Position numbers and translations under genes: made by a program
Notes under the pieces: generated by a model
What the model saw: the letters and a program-made list of their open reading frames with translations, nothing else
Databases searched by the model: none
What the model was told of the DNA's origin: nothing
Source of the DNA: Eledone cirrhosa
Taxonomy: Eukaryota
Reading direction: 5' to 3'
DNA: 63,573 bases
Assembly: GCA_964016885.1 (NCBI GenBank)
Contig: CAXHJY010000902.1
Span: 1-63,573 of the forward strand
Shown: positions 1 to 14,384 of the stretch, in pieces
Layout of the letters: the number at the start of each line of letters is the position of its first letter
How positions within the stretch are numbered: the first letter of the stretch is position 1

Positions 1-54
1 AGAAGTTAGCAGTTTACTCCAATAGAAAGACACTAAATTGGATTTCATGTATGA

Positions 55-800
55 GTGGTCTGGTGTAAGGCGGTGGGGGGTGGGGATGGGGGGGTAGCTG
101 TATGGTGGTGGTGGTGGCGGGTGGGAGGGGTAGTGGTGGTTGTGGTGGTGGTGGGTGTAGTGGTAGTTGTGGTGGTCGTGGTGGTCGTGGGAGTTGTGGT
201 GGTGGTGGTGGTGGTAGTTCTGGGCGATAGTAGTTGTGGTGGTGGTAGTTGTGGTGGTGGTGGTGGTGGGAGTTGTGGTAGTGGTAGTTGTGGTGGTGGT
301 GGTGCGAGTTGTGGTGGTGGTGGTGGTGGTAGTTGTGGTTGGGGTGGTGGTGGTAGTTGCGGGGCATAGTAGAGTGGGGCTGGTAGTTGTGGTGGTGGTG
401 GTCGTGGGAGTTGTGGTGATGGTGGTGGTAGTTGTGGTAGTGGTGGTGGTAGTTGTGGTGGTGGTGGTGGTAGTTGTGGTGGTGGTGGTGATGGTGGTAG
501 TTGTGGTGGTGGTATTTGTGGAGCTGGTAGTTGTGGTGGTGGTGGTCGTCGTCGTCGTGGGAGTTGTGGTGGGGGTGATGGTGGTAGTTATGGTGGTGGT
601 GGTAGTTGTGGGGGTGGTAGTGTTGGTGGTAGGGCAATGGTGATGATTTAAGGTGGTAGCTGTGATGGGGGTTGTGGAAGTGGTGGTGGTGATGGTATTA
701 GTGGCAGTTGTGGTGGTGGTGGTCGGGCGATGGTGATTGTTTAAGATGGTGAGGTAGGGGTGGTAGTTGTGGTAGTGGTGGTGGACGTGGAGTTGGTGGT
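55..800. repeat. (GGT/GTG/GTA)n low-complexity trinucleotide tract
   Basis: Degenerate GGT-based repeat; the poly-His, poly-Val and poly-Gly ORFs are its translations. Confidence 0.9.
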
Positions 801-1040
801 GGAAATGGATGTTAATGATAGTTATGATTATGACGGTGGTGATAATAATGATATTGATGGTAAGGGATGGCTGTGGTGGTGTTTGTGGTTGTTGTTGTTG
901 TTGTGGGGGCGGGGGGTGATTGTATGGTTGGTGATGGTTGTCATACTTTTTGTGATGAGAATGTTGATAATGATGTTAAAGAAAATGAGGATGTTTCTAA
1001 ATTTTGATCGTGATTCTAGTGATAAATGGAATATTTATGG

Positions 1041-1519
1041 TAGATCAGTTGGTCAGGAGATCCGTTGGTCAGGAGATCTGTTGGTCAGGAGATCCGTTGG
1101 TTAGAAGATCCGTTGGTCGAGAGATCAGTTGGTCAGAAGATCCGTTGGTCAGGAGATCCGTTGGTCAGGATATCTGTTGGTCAGGAGATCCGTTGGTCAG
1201 AAGATCCGTTGGTCGAGAGATCAGTTAGTCAGAAGATCTGTTGGTCGAGAGATCAGTTGATCAGAAGATCTGTTGGTCGAGAGATCAGTTAGTCAGAAGA
1301 TCTGTTGGTCGAGAGATCAGTTAGTCAGAAGATCTGTTGGTTGAGAGATCAGTTGGTCAGAAGATCTGTTGGTCGAGAGATCAGTTGATCAGAAGATCCG
1401 TTGGTCGAGAGATCAGTTGGTCAGAAGATCTGTTGGTCGAGAGATCAGTTGGTCAGAAGAACTGTTGGTCGAGAGATCAGTTGGTCAGGAGGTCCATTGG
1501 TCAGGAGATTCGTTGGTCC
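1041..1519. repeat. 16-bp minisatellite (gagatccgttggtcag), about 30 copies, with a 32-bp dimer in the distal half
   Basis: Direct tandem units; from about 1200 onward aagatctgttggtcga alternates with gagatcagttggtcag. Confidence 0.9.
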
Positions 1520-1946
1520 AAATGAACGGATTCATCCGTTGCTAACATCCACTCTGATGAAAATGGTAAATGATGATGATGATGATGATGATGATGACGA
1601 TGACGACGATGATGATGATGATGATGATGATAATGGTGATGGTGATGATGACAATGATGGAGACCATTGTATTTCAGGAGATGTGTAAAGTTTTATTGTT
1701 ACCAATATCATTCTTGTTGCAGTTGTTGTTGTTGTCATTGTTGTTGTTCAACTCCTTCATTCCCTTCTTATACTTTTAATCCGCCACCACCACCACCACC
1801 ACCACCACAACAACATTACTAACAACAACAACAACAACGGTACTAATAAAGCAATCAGAATCATCAAAACACGCAGCCCTCTCTCTCTGTCTCTCTCTCC
1901 CTCTCGTTTTCTATCTGTCTCTCTTTATCTCTTTCTCTTCCCTCTC

Positions 1947-1984
<38 letters not shown>

Positions 1985-2155
1985 TCTCTCTCCCTCTCGT
2001 TTTCTCTCTGTCTCTCTGTCTCTCTTTCTTATCCCTCTCTCTCTCTCTCTTTCTCCCTCTCTCTATGTCTCTCTCCCTCTCTCTCCCTCTCTCTCTGTCT
2101 CTCTCTCCCTCTCGTTTTCTATCTGTCTCTCTGTATCTCTTTCTCTTCCCCTCTC

Positions 2156-2240
<85 letters not shown>

Positions 2241-2853
2241 TCCCCCTCTCTCTCGCCAATTCATTTCTTCACACCAATCAGTCCCACATATATCTCAGTA
2301 CTTTACCTTCTTTTTCTTCCCTCTCTATTTTCTTTACATACCTCCTCCTCCTCTTCCTCCACCTCCTCTCTCTTCTAATACCCCCTCTGTCTCATTCTTC
2401 TCCCCCTCCTACCTCTCTCTTCTAATACATCCTCTGCCTTATCCTCCTTATTTTCTCTCTCCCCAAATAATTTTTCTCAATTTTACTCTTTCTCTCTCAA
2501 TTTGTTAGTGTGTGTGTGTGTGTGAGTGACTGTATGTGTGTGTATGTGTGTGTGTGTGTGTATGTGTGTGTGCCTGTGTGTGTATGTATGTGTGTGTATG
2601 TGTGTATGTATGTTCATGTGTGTGTGCGTATATATGTTCATGTGTATGCATGTTCCTGTGTGTGTGTGTATGGGTATATATGTGTGTGTGTGTTTGTCTG
2701 CTTTTCTTTTCTTTTCTTCTTAGTTTTATTTAGTTTGTGTGTGTGTGTGTGAGTGACTGTATGTGTGTGTATGTGTGTGTATATGTGTGTGTATGTGTGT
2801 GTATGTGTATGTGTATGTTTGTGAGTGACTGTATGTGTGTGTATGAGTGTGTA

Positions 2854-2884
<31 letters not shown>

Positions 2885-3738
2885 ATGTATGTGTGTGTGT
2901 ATGTGTGTGTATGTATGTTCATGTGTGTGTGCGTATACATGTTCCTGTGTGTGTGTGTATGGGTATATGTGTGTGTGTGTATGTGTGTGTTTGTATGTGT
3001 GTGTATATATGTTCATGTGTATGCATGTTCCTGTCTGTGTGACTGTATGGGTATATGTGAGTGTGTGTGTGTATGTCTGTGTGTGTTTGTCTGCTTTTCT
3101 CTCCTTTTCTTCTTAGTTTTATTTAGTTTGTGTTCACGCTTCTTTGATGATTGGTATCGCCGCCGTAATGCAATGGGTTTTAGTGAGCAGTCAGAAGCAA
3201 TAGGACACGAGATGTATCACGGATGGGCTTTTGGTAAAAAGGGGAAGTAATTCCGCTTAATTTGAAACAGCTAAAGTGTGGTAAGGCAAATAATCCAGTT
3301 AGTTTGTGTTTCGGTCTGTGGGGAAGAATCACCATTCCTTCTTCGAGACATTTAACTGGCATTTAAGCGCATATTTATCAAAACTGTCCGGACGACTGGC
3401 CACGAGCGACCAAACCACACCCACATCTTGATTGTTGGTCTTGCTGGTGATGATGGTAATGGTGATGATGGTGGTGGTGGTGGTGGTGGTGGTAGTGGTG
3501 GTGAAGGTTTTGTTGTTGGTGTTGGAGATGCTGCTGGTCTTGCTGGTGATGATGGTAATGGTGATGGTGGGGGTGATGGTGGTGGCGGTAGTGGTGGTGG
3601 TGAAGGTTTTGTTGTTGGTGTTGGAGATGGTGCTGGTCTTGCTGGTGTTGGTGGTGATGATAGTGGTGGTGGCGGTGATGTTGAAGAGAGCCGGCCGTGG
3701 TTTTACACTATTTCTGTCTGTCTTTCTCTCTGTATCAC

Positions 3739-3835
<97 letters not shown>

Positions 3836-3983
3836 ATTTCTCTCTCACTCTCCCTCTCTCTGTTACTTTACTATTGATATATCTCTTAGCTATAGCTTCA
3901 TCAATTTATATCTAACTTACACTTTCTCCTCTAGCTCCTTTTACATATAAACATATATATATATATACACACACACACACACG

Positions 3984-4211
<228 letters not shown>

Positions 4212-4315
4212 ATATATACTTTAGAAGGAAACAAGTTACGAATTTAATGATAAATGATGCAAATAATCACGAGAATATATTTGTAGCCGTTTATACTGTT
4301 TATATATATATATAG

Positions 4316-4394
<79 letters not shown>

Positions 4395-4431
4395 TATATA
4401 TATATATATATGTCTATATATATATATGTCT

Positions 4432-4468
<37 letters not shown>

Positions 4469-4553
4469 CATACATACATAAATGCATACATACACACATA
4501 CATACATACTTACATACATAAATACATACATACATACTTACATACATACATAC

Positions 4554-4584
<31 letters not shown>

Positions 4585-5048
4585 CATACATACATACATA
4601 CACACATACATACATACATACATACATACATACATACATACATACATACATACATACATACATACATACATACATACATACATACATAAAGCTGTTCTCC
4701 TGAAGTGTAATATTACATGATATAGTTCTATGCTGTGTATCCTATGTTCTCCGAAACGTTTAATTCATTCAAATTAATATTTATATTCACAAATTTATCT
4801 GCTATTTTCATAAATATTGTCCTTTGAACCACTAAGAAACACAATTATTAAGATCTGTCTACAATGAACACACATATATATATATAATATATACATACAT
4901 ATACATACATAGATATATGTACATTCATAATATATACTTATATATATATATATATACATACATAAGAATATACACAAGTATATGCATTTATGTATACACA
5001 TTCAAACACATAATCACTTATAAACCTATTTGAGAGAGGAGATTGGAA

Positions 5049-5079
<31 letters not shown>

Positions 5080-5088
5080 ATATATACG

Positions 5089-5123
<35 letters not shown>

Positions 5124-5153
5124 ATATATATATATATATATATATATATACTT

Positions 5154-5262
<109 letters not shown>

Positions 5263-5278
5263 CATATATATATATTCT

Positions 5279-5366
<88 letters not shown>

Positions 5367-5412
5367 TATATACATACATAAAAATATACACCAGTATATA
5401 CATGTATACACA

Positions 5413-5602
5413 TAATTGTTTCTACTTTTGGCACAAGGCCAGCAATTACCCAGTGTATTACTGGTACTTTATTTTATCGACCCCGTAAGGATGAAAGGCA
5501 AAGTTAACCTCGGCGGGATTTGAACTCAGAATGACAAGGGCCGTAACTCTATGCGTCAAAGCATGGCGTCCGACCCTCTACCGATACTGCCAATCCATCG
5601 CC
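5413..5602 (-). mobile_element. tRNA-derived SINE, full length (short subfamily)
   Basis: Minus-strand A-box TGGCAGTATCGG (5581-5592) and B-box GAGTTCAAATCC (5516-5527); core ctttgcctttcatccttacggggtcgataaaataaagtacc resembles the Meta/MESC SINE domain (recalled); near-identical copies at 6478, 27294 and 33184. Confidence 0.85.
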
Positions 5603-5971
5603 CTTTATGTACACATATGTATACACATAATCACATATATGTACACATATGTATACACATAATCACATATAAACATATTTGTTCAAAGAGAGGATATTAG
5701 AAATACACACACACACACACATATATATATACATACATAAAAATAATATACACCAGTATAAGCATGCATATATACACATCTACACTTGCAGGCAGACACA
5801 TAGACATATATAAACATACTTATTCAGAGAGAGAAGGAAATCAGAAATATATAAATATACATATATACATACACAAAAATATACACTAGTACATATATGC
5901 GTATATACGCATTTACATACGCACACACATTCATATATAAACACACATGTTCAAAGATAGATGAGGGCATA

Positions 5972-6058
<87 letters not shown>

Positions 6059-6121
6059 TTCATTTTAGTATTTATTTTGCAAGATTTCTTATCTAAAAAT
6101 GTCTGTTGAAACAGATATAGT

Positions 6122-6180
6122 TATACTTTGGGAGGGTCATGCTGTCAATAAAAACACACGCACCTGTTTGTTTTCACTTG
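6122..6180. repeat. Dispersed repeat family H (tatacttggggagggtca...); other copies at about 38147-38230 and 48493-48558
   Basis: Three related copies in the window; class unknown. Confidence 0.55.
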
Positions 6181-6477
6181 AATTTATTACAAATTTCCGA
6201 TTGGTTGGCTTAATAACCGGATGATTGTTTATTTGTTTATTGTCAAAGCTCTTTCGTCACACATTCTGTGACCGCCTCAGTGAATGATTTGTTATTTTGT
6301 GTCTCTCCTTTGTTTTGTCCTACACCATCCTTTTTTAGTGTATATTCTGTTATGTCGACTCCAGTACATATTAGATCTATGATTTTATCGATATCGGCCC
6401 AGAACAAACAATAGAAAAAAATCGACATTATGAGAATTGAACTCCGAAAGTAAAACGAGTCAACTAAGATTAAAATA

Positions 6478-6666
6478 GTTGTTTCTACTTTAGGCACAAG
6501 GCCAGCAATTAACCCAGTGTATTACTGGTACTCTATTTGATCGACCCCGTAAGGATGAAAGGCAAAGTCAACCTCGGTGGGATTTGAACTCAGAATGGCA
6601 AGGGCCGTAACTCTATGCGTCACAGCATGGTGTCCGACCCTCTACCGATACTGCCAATTCACCCCC
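6478..6666 (-). mobile_element. tRNA-derived SINE with 14-bp target-site duplication
   Basis: Same family as 5413; TSD ctaagattaaaata at 6464-6477 and 6667-6680. Confidence 0.9.
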
Positions 6667-6680
6667 CTAAGATTAAAATA

Positions 6681-6892
6681 TTGGTTTCTTATATAGGCAC
6701 AAGGCCATCAATTTTGGTGGAGGGGAAAGTCAATTAAAACCACCCCATTGCGTGACTGGTACTTTATTTCATCGACCCCCGCAAGGATAAAAGTCAAAGT
6801 TAACCTCGACGGGATTTAAACTCAGACCATAAAGGGCCATAACTAAGATGAAAATAAGGCAAGACATTTTCTCCAAAGTGTCATCGTTTCTG
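6681..6892 (-). mobile_element. Older diverged SINE of the long subfamily
   Basis: Same 3' end and core, but retains an extra ggtggaggggaaagtcaattaaaaccacc segment; degenerate B-box (gggatttaaactc on +). Confidence 0.75.
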
Positions 6893-7266
6893 AAATATTG
6901 ATCTTTGATAATATCTGTTCTGACGAATGAATCAAGATGTATTTATTAATATTGTTTTCACGCTTGAATTCACGTCTCACTTCGCTTTCGATACTGAGTT
7001 GTCGTTATTACGTATTCTTCAATAACGTCACTAAAACCCATGGCAACAGAGAGACACTACAGCTGCCACTCAGAATTGAGTAAGATTTCATGGCATGGGC
7101 AAGTTCCAGGCTTTCAGAAATAGATTTGACTCCTGTAGTCCTAATTGGACAAAGACATCCTGTTGGTTATCTCACACTTCTTGACTGAGCGGAAAATTCA
7201 GAATGTGGCAGCAACAAAGAGAGTGAGAGATAGATAGATAGATAGCTAGAGAGATAGATAGAGAGA

Positions 7267-7344
<78 letters not shown>

Positions 7345-7674
7345 TACAGAGAGAGAAAGAGACTGGGAGTGAAAGATAGAGAGAGTGATGGAGAGGGAGA
7401 GAGAAAAAGTGAGACAAACAAACAGGGAGCGAGAGAAAGCGTGAGAGAGTGAAAGAGAGAGGTAGAGGGAGAAGGAAAGAAAAAGAGTGGAATAGAGAAA
7501 GAAAGATAAAAGGTGAGTGAGGGAATGAGCTGTAGCATCAGAGGACAGGAAGATACACCATAGAACCTGAAAGGATGAGAGACAAAGTACACGATTTGAG
7601 CTTAGTATGTAGAACACCTAAATGAATGATTGATAACAGCGTTATCAATCAATCAACTTACTAACACGCACACA

Positions 7675-7749
<75 letters not shown>

Positions 7750-7758
7750 ACACACACA

Positions 7759-7808
<50 letters not shown>

Positions 7809-7820
7809 TATATATATATA

Positions 7821-8586
7821 TTCTATTCTATTCTAGGGCGAGTAAAATTCCCGAGATGCATGGACGAGTTCTCTTCAGCGGTCTCTGTCCCTCATTATCG
7901 CTGCCATGTCCTGCGTCTCCAACAGACCAGTGTCTGTCCTTAGGGCATCAACATACGTTAACCTTGGTATTCCTCTTCCAGTGTGTCTATGTAGGGGCTC
8001 CCACAGGAGCACTGAGTGCAATGTCAACTCTGGATGTCGGTGAGCATGTCCAGCTAACCTCAGTTTCCTCTGTGTCTCTTTTGAGCTGACTTTTGGGAGG
8101 CTCGAATACAGCTCTGAGTTTTTCATCCTCAGTGTATACTGATTAATGTTCAGAGCCATCCTCAGCATTCTCGTGTAGCACCCATCCACCATCTGAGTGA
8201 GTGTATTGGTCAGTGTCCAAGTCACAGACTCCATTACACCAATGAAGAGGCGGATTTTCAGGTCTTTACGAAGGTCCGACTTCCACACCGATCTCAAACT
8301 GTGGCACGCCGCCCAGGCTTTGCTCTTCCTCTCAACCACATCATCTTCCGTATTCCCCATCTTTTCTCCCAAATACAGGAAGTCCTCAACCAATTCTAGC
8401 GCCTTCCCGCCTACATTAGTGATCCCCTCTGGCTTCTCAACATTCTCTACCAGATATTTTGTTTTAGTATTATTAATTCTCAGCCCCACCCTCATCGACA
8501 CAGTCTCAACCTCCTGCATCAAATCCTCTGCCTCCTTCACTGTATTTGTCCCCAAAACTATGTCGTCAGCAATTTCAGCATCCACT

Positions 8587-8590
<4 letters not shown>
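7821..8590 (-). pseudogene. 5'-truncated RTE-type LINE fragment (reverse transcriptase C-terminal half and 3' end)
   Basis: ORF 7875..8681 has ADDIVL (YADD-equivalent), GLRINNTKTKY, VEDFLYLG, KLRLAGH and GRGIPRLTYVDAL, typical of RTE-clade RT/thumb regions; (TAGAA)n tail at 7821-7835; the ORF N-terminus is just (TA)n; apparent small in-frame deletion near MES-VTWTL. Confidence 0.85.
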
Positions 8591-8645
<55 letters not shown>

Positions 8646-9607
8646 CTTGTCTCCATCCAGTACCCATTTCGGTCTACGCACTATTCTTTCGTTCTGCCTC
8701 TAACATCGACACCACCACCACCAACACCAACACCACCACCACCATCACCACCAACACCAACACCACCACCACCAACAACAACAACACCAACACCACCACC
8801 ATCACCACAACAACCAACACCACCACCACTACCACCAACACCACCACCAACACCACCACTACCAACACCAACACCACCAACAACACCGCCACCAACAAGA
8901 CCTCCTCCAATAACACTAACACCGACACCAACACCAACACACCAACAACACCACCACCACCATCACCACCACCACCACCAACACCACCAACACCACCACC
9001 AACACCACCACCAACACCACCACCAACACCACCACAACCAACAAGACCTCCTCCAATAACACCAACACCAAACACCACCAACACACCACCACCACCAACA
9101 ACAACAACAACACCACCACCACCACCACCACCACCACCACCAACACTCCTCACTTATTGACGTAAAGTTCAGATTACATAAACTCACCAAATTCACTTCT
9201 TTTTCTGCTACTTTTGTTAAGATCACTTAAATATTGATTGTTTTAATTTCTACACTAAATTAGAAATTATAACACAGACACGTGTCTCACCAACACTCTT
9301 ATGACTTGTATTCCTTTCCTAATTCAATCTTAATCATTACTAATACATTAATTACCATAATTGCTTTACTACTTCAATTATTTATTAGCAATTTAGCTTT
9401 TAATTTAAGCTAATTAATAAACACATCAGTATATCATTTAATTAATCTTTCAAGTAGGAATTAGAAAATATTCAACGTATCCTTCCATACTTCCATCCTA
9501 CCATACTCTGGGCTGATCGTCTTATTATAGTTAACAAGGTAATGCATTCAATTGAGTCGCGCTACTCTTCCATGTCCATACACAATAACACTAATATATA
9601 TGAGTAT

Positions 9608-9640
<33 letters not shown>

Positions 9641-9737
9641 CACACACTTATAGAATTTCATGCCTATCTTCTCTGTCTCTTTATCTATCTATCTACCTAT
9701 CTATCTATCAATCTATATATCTATCTGATTAACTCTG

Positions 9738-9806
<69 letters not shown>

Positions 9807-9902
9807 CTAATCTATTATATCTATCTAACGCGCAGAGATTAGTTGTGCGTCTGTTTGTACTTATATTGAAAAGGAAAACAACTATTTTCAACGGTGTATA
9901 TA

Positions 9903-9933
<31 letters not shown>

Positions 9934-10204
9934 CATGTGTGTATGTGTCTGTGCGTGTGTGTGTGTCTGTATGTGTGTGTGTGTGTGTGTGTCTGTCTGT
10001 GTGTGTATGTGTCTGTGTGTGTGTGTATATGTATGTGTGTGTGTGTGTGCGTGTGTGTGTCAATGGAAGTTTGCTGCTATGTGTACGTATTGTTATTTTT
10101 TCGCTGTTGTCTGTATATGACAGCTCGTAATCAGATATATATTCACACTTGCCTGTACATGAACCTGCACTACACACACACACACACACATCTATATATA
10201 TATA

Positions 10205-10236
<32 letters not shown>

Positions 10237-10333
10237 CACATACATATATAAATATATATATATATATACATATATATATACATATATATATAAATATATA
10301 TATATTTATATAAATAAATATATATATAAATAA

Positions 10334-10370
<37 letters not shown>

Positions 10371-10908
10371 TACATATATATTATATGTATGTTTGTATTT
10401 ATATATATATGTGTGTGTGTGTAAATATATATTATATAACCTGCTTAATACTATATCATCATATAGGACAATCTCATATGCGACTTTACGCGCTATGATC
10501 AAACTGTCAAAACAATATGGCGGATAAAAGTAAAATTCTGAACGAAACAAAACAAAGGCGGATAATGTAGCATCTTATCAAAACGATTCTATATACAGCA
10601 ATATCACTCAGAATAACAACAATAACAACAACATGATAATTCACCAAAGCAATATATTGGTTTTCAATTGGTTATTGTGAGAATTAGCCAAATGCATTCC
10701 TTCATCTGACAATAACACGTGTATACACACGTAAATATATATACATGTATATACGTATATCTATACACTCACGTATAGGCTTAATATATTTCTGTTTGTG
10801 AGTATGAATAAAATGTCTAATAATTTTTCTACTACTAAGTTCACTTACGCACACGTTCACACAATCAGCTATATATATATATATGTGTGTGTGTGTGTGC
10901 GTGTGTGT

Positions 10909-10962
<54 letters not shown>

Positions 10963-10965
10963 ATT

Positions 10966-11018
<53 letters not shown>

Positions 11019-11019
11019 G

Positions 11020-11083
<64 letters not shown>

Positions 11084-11163
11084 CATTATTTATTATACAT
11101 ACACTATTTTCTGTATATACATACACATTATTTTCCATATATATACATACATTATTTACTCCC

Positions 11164-11216
<53 letters not shown>

Positions 11217-12903
11217 AGAGTAAATAATGTATATATATTATATATATGTATACATTATTAACTATACATCTCCATTATATACTGGAGAGACACAGTACGC
11301 ATCTACAGTCACGACATATCACATTCCAGCGTGTATAAATATATGAATACGCATATACGTATAGACGTATATACGTACACATACATGCACATATGTTTAT
11401 ACCTACATACATAAATACATACATACACACATTCATACATACATACATATATACATACATATATGCACATACATATATAGATACATATAAACACACATAC
11501 TCACGCACATACATATATACACATATGTATATACAACACGTATTCATAATTATATTTATATATTTCTCGTTCCCATTATATAATACAAATAGAACACACC
11601 AGAGATGTTGATAAATATATTATGGATTTAAACACACACGTACACATACACGGGCATGCTCACACACATACACATATAACACACACACGCTCACACACAT
11701 AGACACGCAGCCCCACAGACACAGATAACAAACAAACACACACACACACTGGCACACAAACGCCCATGCACACACACAGACAGATAAAACACACACACAC
11801 ACACACATACACACACAGACAGACAGACTCAGATAACACACGCACGAACACACTCATACACATACACTCACACACAGTGTAGCAAATGAAACGCCAGTCA
11901 CTGTTTTGCTATAGTTTTTTTCACCATACCCTTTTTTTCTTTCCTTTTACACACACACATTCATTCACCTAAACACACAAACACACACACGTTGTGTGAC
12001 GGACAGACGGAAGTCGCTCAAATCTATATATATAGATTGTTCAACAGTGTCTTATAAATATTTTGAACAATCCAAGGGATAGCTGCCGTAGATTAAACCT
12101 TCGATTGAAAATAATTATTGATTATTGATCACTGCAGGTGAAGATGAAAATATTCATAATTACGAAAAGACTCATCAGTAAATTCGTTCCTATAGGAACT
12201 ATTGCCATTAGTAACTTGGTTTGTATTGTAGCTTTTGATAAATAAATAAAATAGTAAAAGAATATATAATAAAAATAATACTGTAGCATTGAGGAGAGAA
12301 GGAAATAAAGATAGAAAGATAGAATGAAATGAAGAAGTGTAATGAACTTGAAAGAAATCAATTATGGAGTGGTTGTCTTGATTCACTTATTGACTGTTAT
12401 TACTTCCAGAACAATTCACAAAATCGATGGCAATTAACCTTTACGAAAGGGACCATTTCTAAGATGTACTATTCGGAAGCATAAGATAAAACTGATGTAA
12501 TTGTCCGAGCGGTCATTAAATTTGAAACAGCCCATTAAAGATCGACCTACAGTTAGATCAATCGTTTAGATTACTACAGCTTCTAAATCTACTAACACAC
12601 AACTGAAATGTAATAAATAAAAAGAACGAACACGCAATGGGTGAGAGAGAGAGGGGGAAGAGAGATAGGGGAGAGAGAGAGAGAGGGAGGTGAAAAGTGT
12701 GTGTGTGAGAGAGAGGAGGGTGGGAGTGTGTGTGTGTGTGTGTGAATGTGTGAGAGATAGAGAGGGGGGGAAGAGTGTGTGTGTGAATGTGTGAGAGAGA
12801 GAGACGAAGAGTGTGTGAGACAGAAGAATGTTGTTTGAGTGTGTGAGAGAGAGAGAGAGAGAAAGAGAAAGAGAGTGTGTGTGTGTGTGTGTGTGTGTGT
12901 GAC

Positions 12904-12935
<32 letters not shown>

Positions 12936-13090
12936 TGTGTGTATGTGTGCGACAGAGAGAGAGAGTGAAATAAAGAAAGAGAGAGACGGGGAATGGAGGT
13001 GTGTTTGTGTGTGGGGGTTATTGGTTGAAAAGTGACCCGGATAAGTAAGCACATCGTATTGTAAAATTCTCCAACTGTCATGTACTAGAC

Positions 13091-14140
13091 CAGGCATGTC
13101 AAACATGAGGCCCACGGGCTCCATGCGACCCTTAACAAGCACACTGGCGATCCGCACAAAGGTTTTTACAGCGCGAACATATCTTACCTTCGTAATATAA
13201 AATTTAAAAAATTAGTTGGCCTCTCTGTAATTAGTTGTCCTCTGTGGCCATTTTGATTTTCAAAGTAGGTTTATAATTATTAATTTCACTACGCTTTTGT
13301 AGATGTCTTGGTGGCTGAGTGGCAGGAATCATAGACGATGGTGATCCTGGTCTGAAGTTCGATTCTGGTTGGGACTAGAGTTGCCAGTAAAGATTTTCAG
13401 TTTTTTTCTCTGGGCTGTAAAATAAAAACGTTACATATACCTCTTGACCAGGATTGAATCCAAGACCAGGATCTCACAGTCTCTAGTACCTACCATTAGG
13501 CCACTGAGACAACTACGAAGATCGTATGAAAATTCATACTAATAAACCTACTTTCAAAATTTTCAAAAAAAGTGTTGTGGTGTCGTTCATGTCTTTCTTA
13601 ATGTTATTGCTCCTACTTAAAGTCGACTTCTAAATCGTTTGAGTGTTCCATGAACTACATCCTTGTTTTATTTCACTTCTATCTAGACTATATTTTAACC
13701 TGTAATCCATGTCTCATTTCTGTTCCACCTCATTTCTCCCCCTCCTTGCGGAAAAATATCTTACCTTCTCCATTAAAAAATATTATGTATTTTTGCGAAA
13801 TCCAAAAACTTTCAATAATGACCAGAAGTCGACCCTAAATATTACTAATAGCTCTAGGAAAGCCATGAATGATGCCACATCTGTTAAACTTTGATTTTGA
13901 ATGTAGGTTTATAATTATCAATTTTAATTATACGTTTGCAGATGTCTCGGTGGCCGAGTTGGGGGAATCATAGACGGTGGTTGTTCTGGTCTGAAGTTCG
14001 ATCCTGACGGAAGTAGGGTTCCCAGTAAACCTGTCCAGTTTTTTCTATTGCTTGTGAAATAAAAACTGAAAATGTTTACTTGTACCTCTGGACCAGGATG
14101 GAACCCAAGGCTAGGCTCTCCACCGTCTCTAGTACCTTTC
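13091..14140. mobile_element. hAT/Charlie-like left end followed by nested inverted repeats containing tRNA-derived units
   Basis: caggcatgtcaaac...aggcccacgggc preceded by tactagac (Charlie-type terminus and target pattern); tRNA-like units at 13305-13375 (+), 13441-13511 (-), 13944-14015 (+) and 14086-14138 (-); no right TIR found. Confidence 0.55.
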
Positions 14141-14231
14141 TTAAAAGAAAGTTTTTTCTTTTAAAATGGCTAGTGAATATTGTATTCTGAGACAGAAATT
14201 TGTATACATATAAATATGTGTATATATATAT

Positions 14232-14351
14232 TTGAAAAAAGGAAAAGATAATATAAAATTAAATCAAATTGTTTAGAACTACAAGTGAAGTCATTCTTTT
14301 CTTTTTATCAAATATACCTAACTGTACTAAGGATTTCACACATTTTCCAAT
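14232..14351 (+). mobile_element. (TA)n-embedded element family G, partial copy
   Basis: tacaagtgaagtcattc...atatacctaactgtac(t/c)aaggatttcacacattttccaat is shared with 21530-21606; flanked by TA repeats. Confidence 0.7.
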
Positions 14352-14352
14352 T

Positions 14353-14384
<32 letters not shown>

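Noticed and set aside
7041-7086. Possible first coding exon (ATGGCAACA...GAATTGA/gtaaga)
   Set aside because: It encodes only 13 codons, no downstream exon is identifiable, and it overlaps a short inverted repeat with about 7195-7212.
7875-8681. Intact 268-aa protein
   Set aside because: The N-terminus is (TA)n-derived and the RT is 5'-truncated; recorded as a LINE fragment instead.
12160-12185. Minus-strand CUGAUGAGUC
   Set aside because: There is no closing stem II or GAAA downstream.
13305-13375. Functional tRNA gene
   Set aside because: The anticodon and D arms pair poorly, and it is one of four diverged units in an inverted array.
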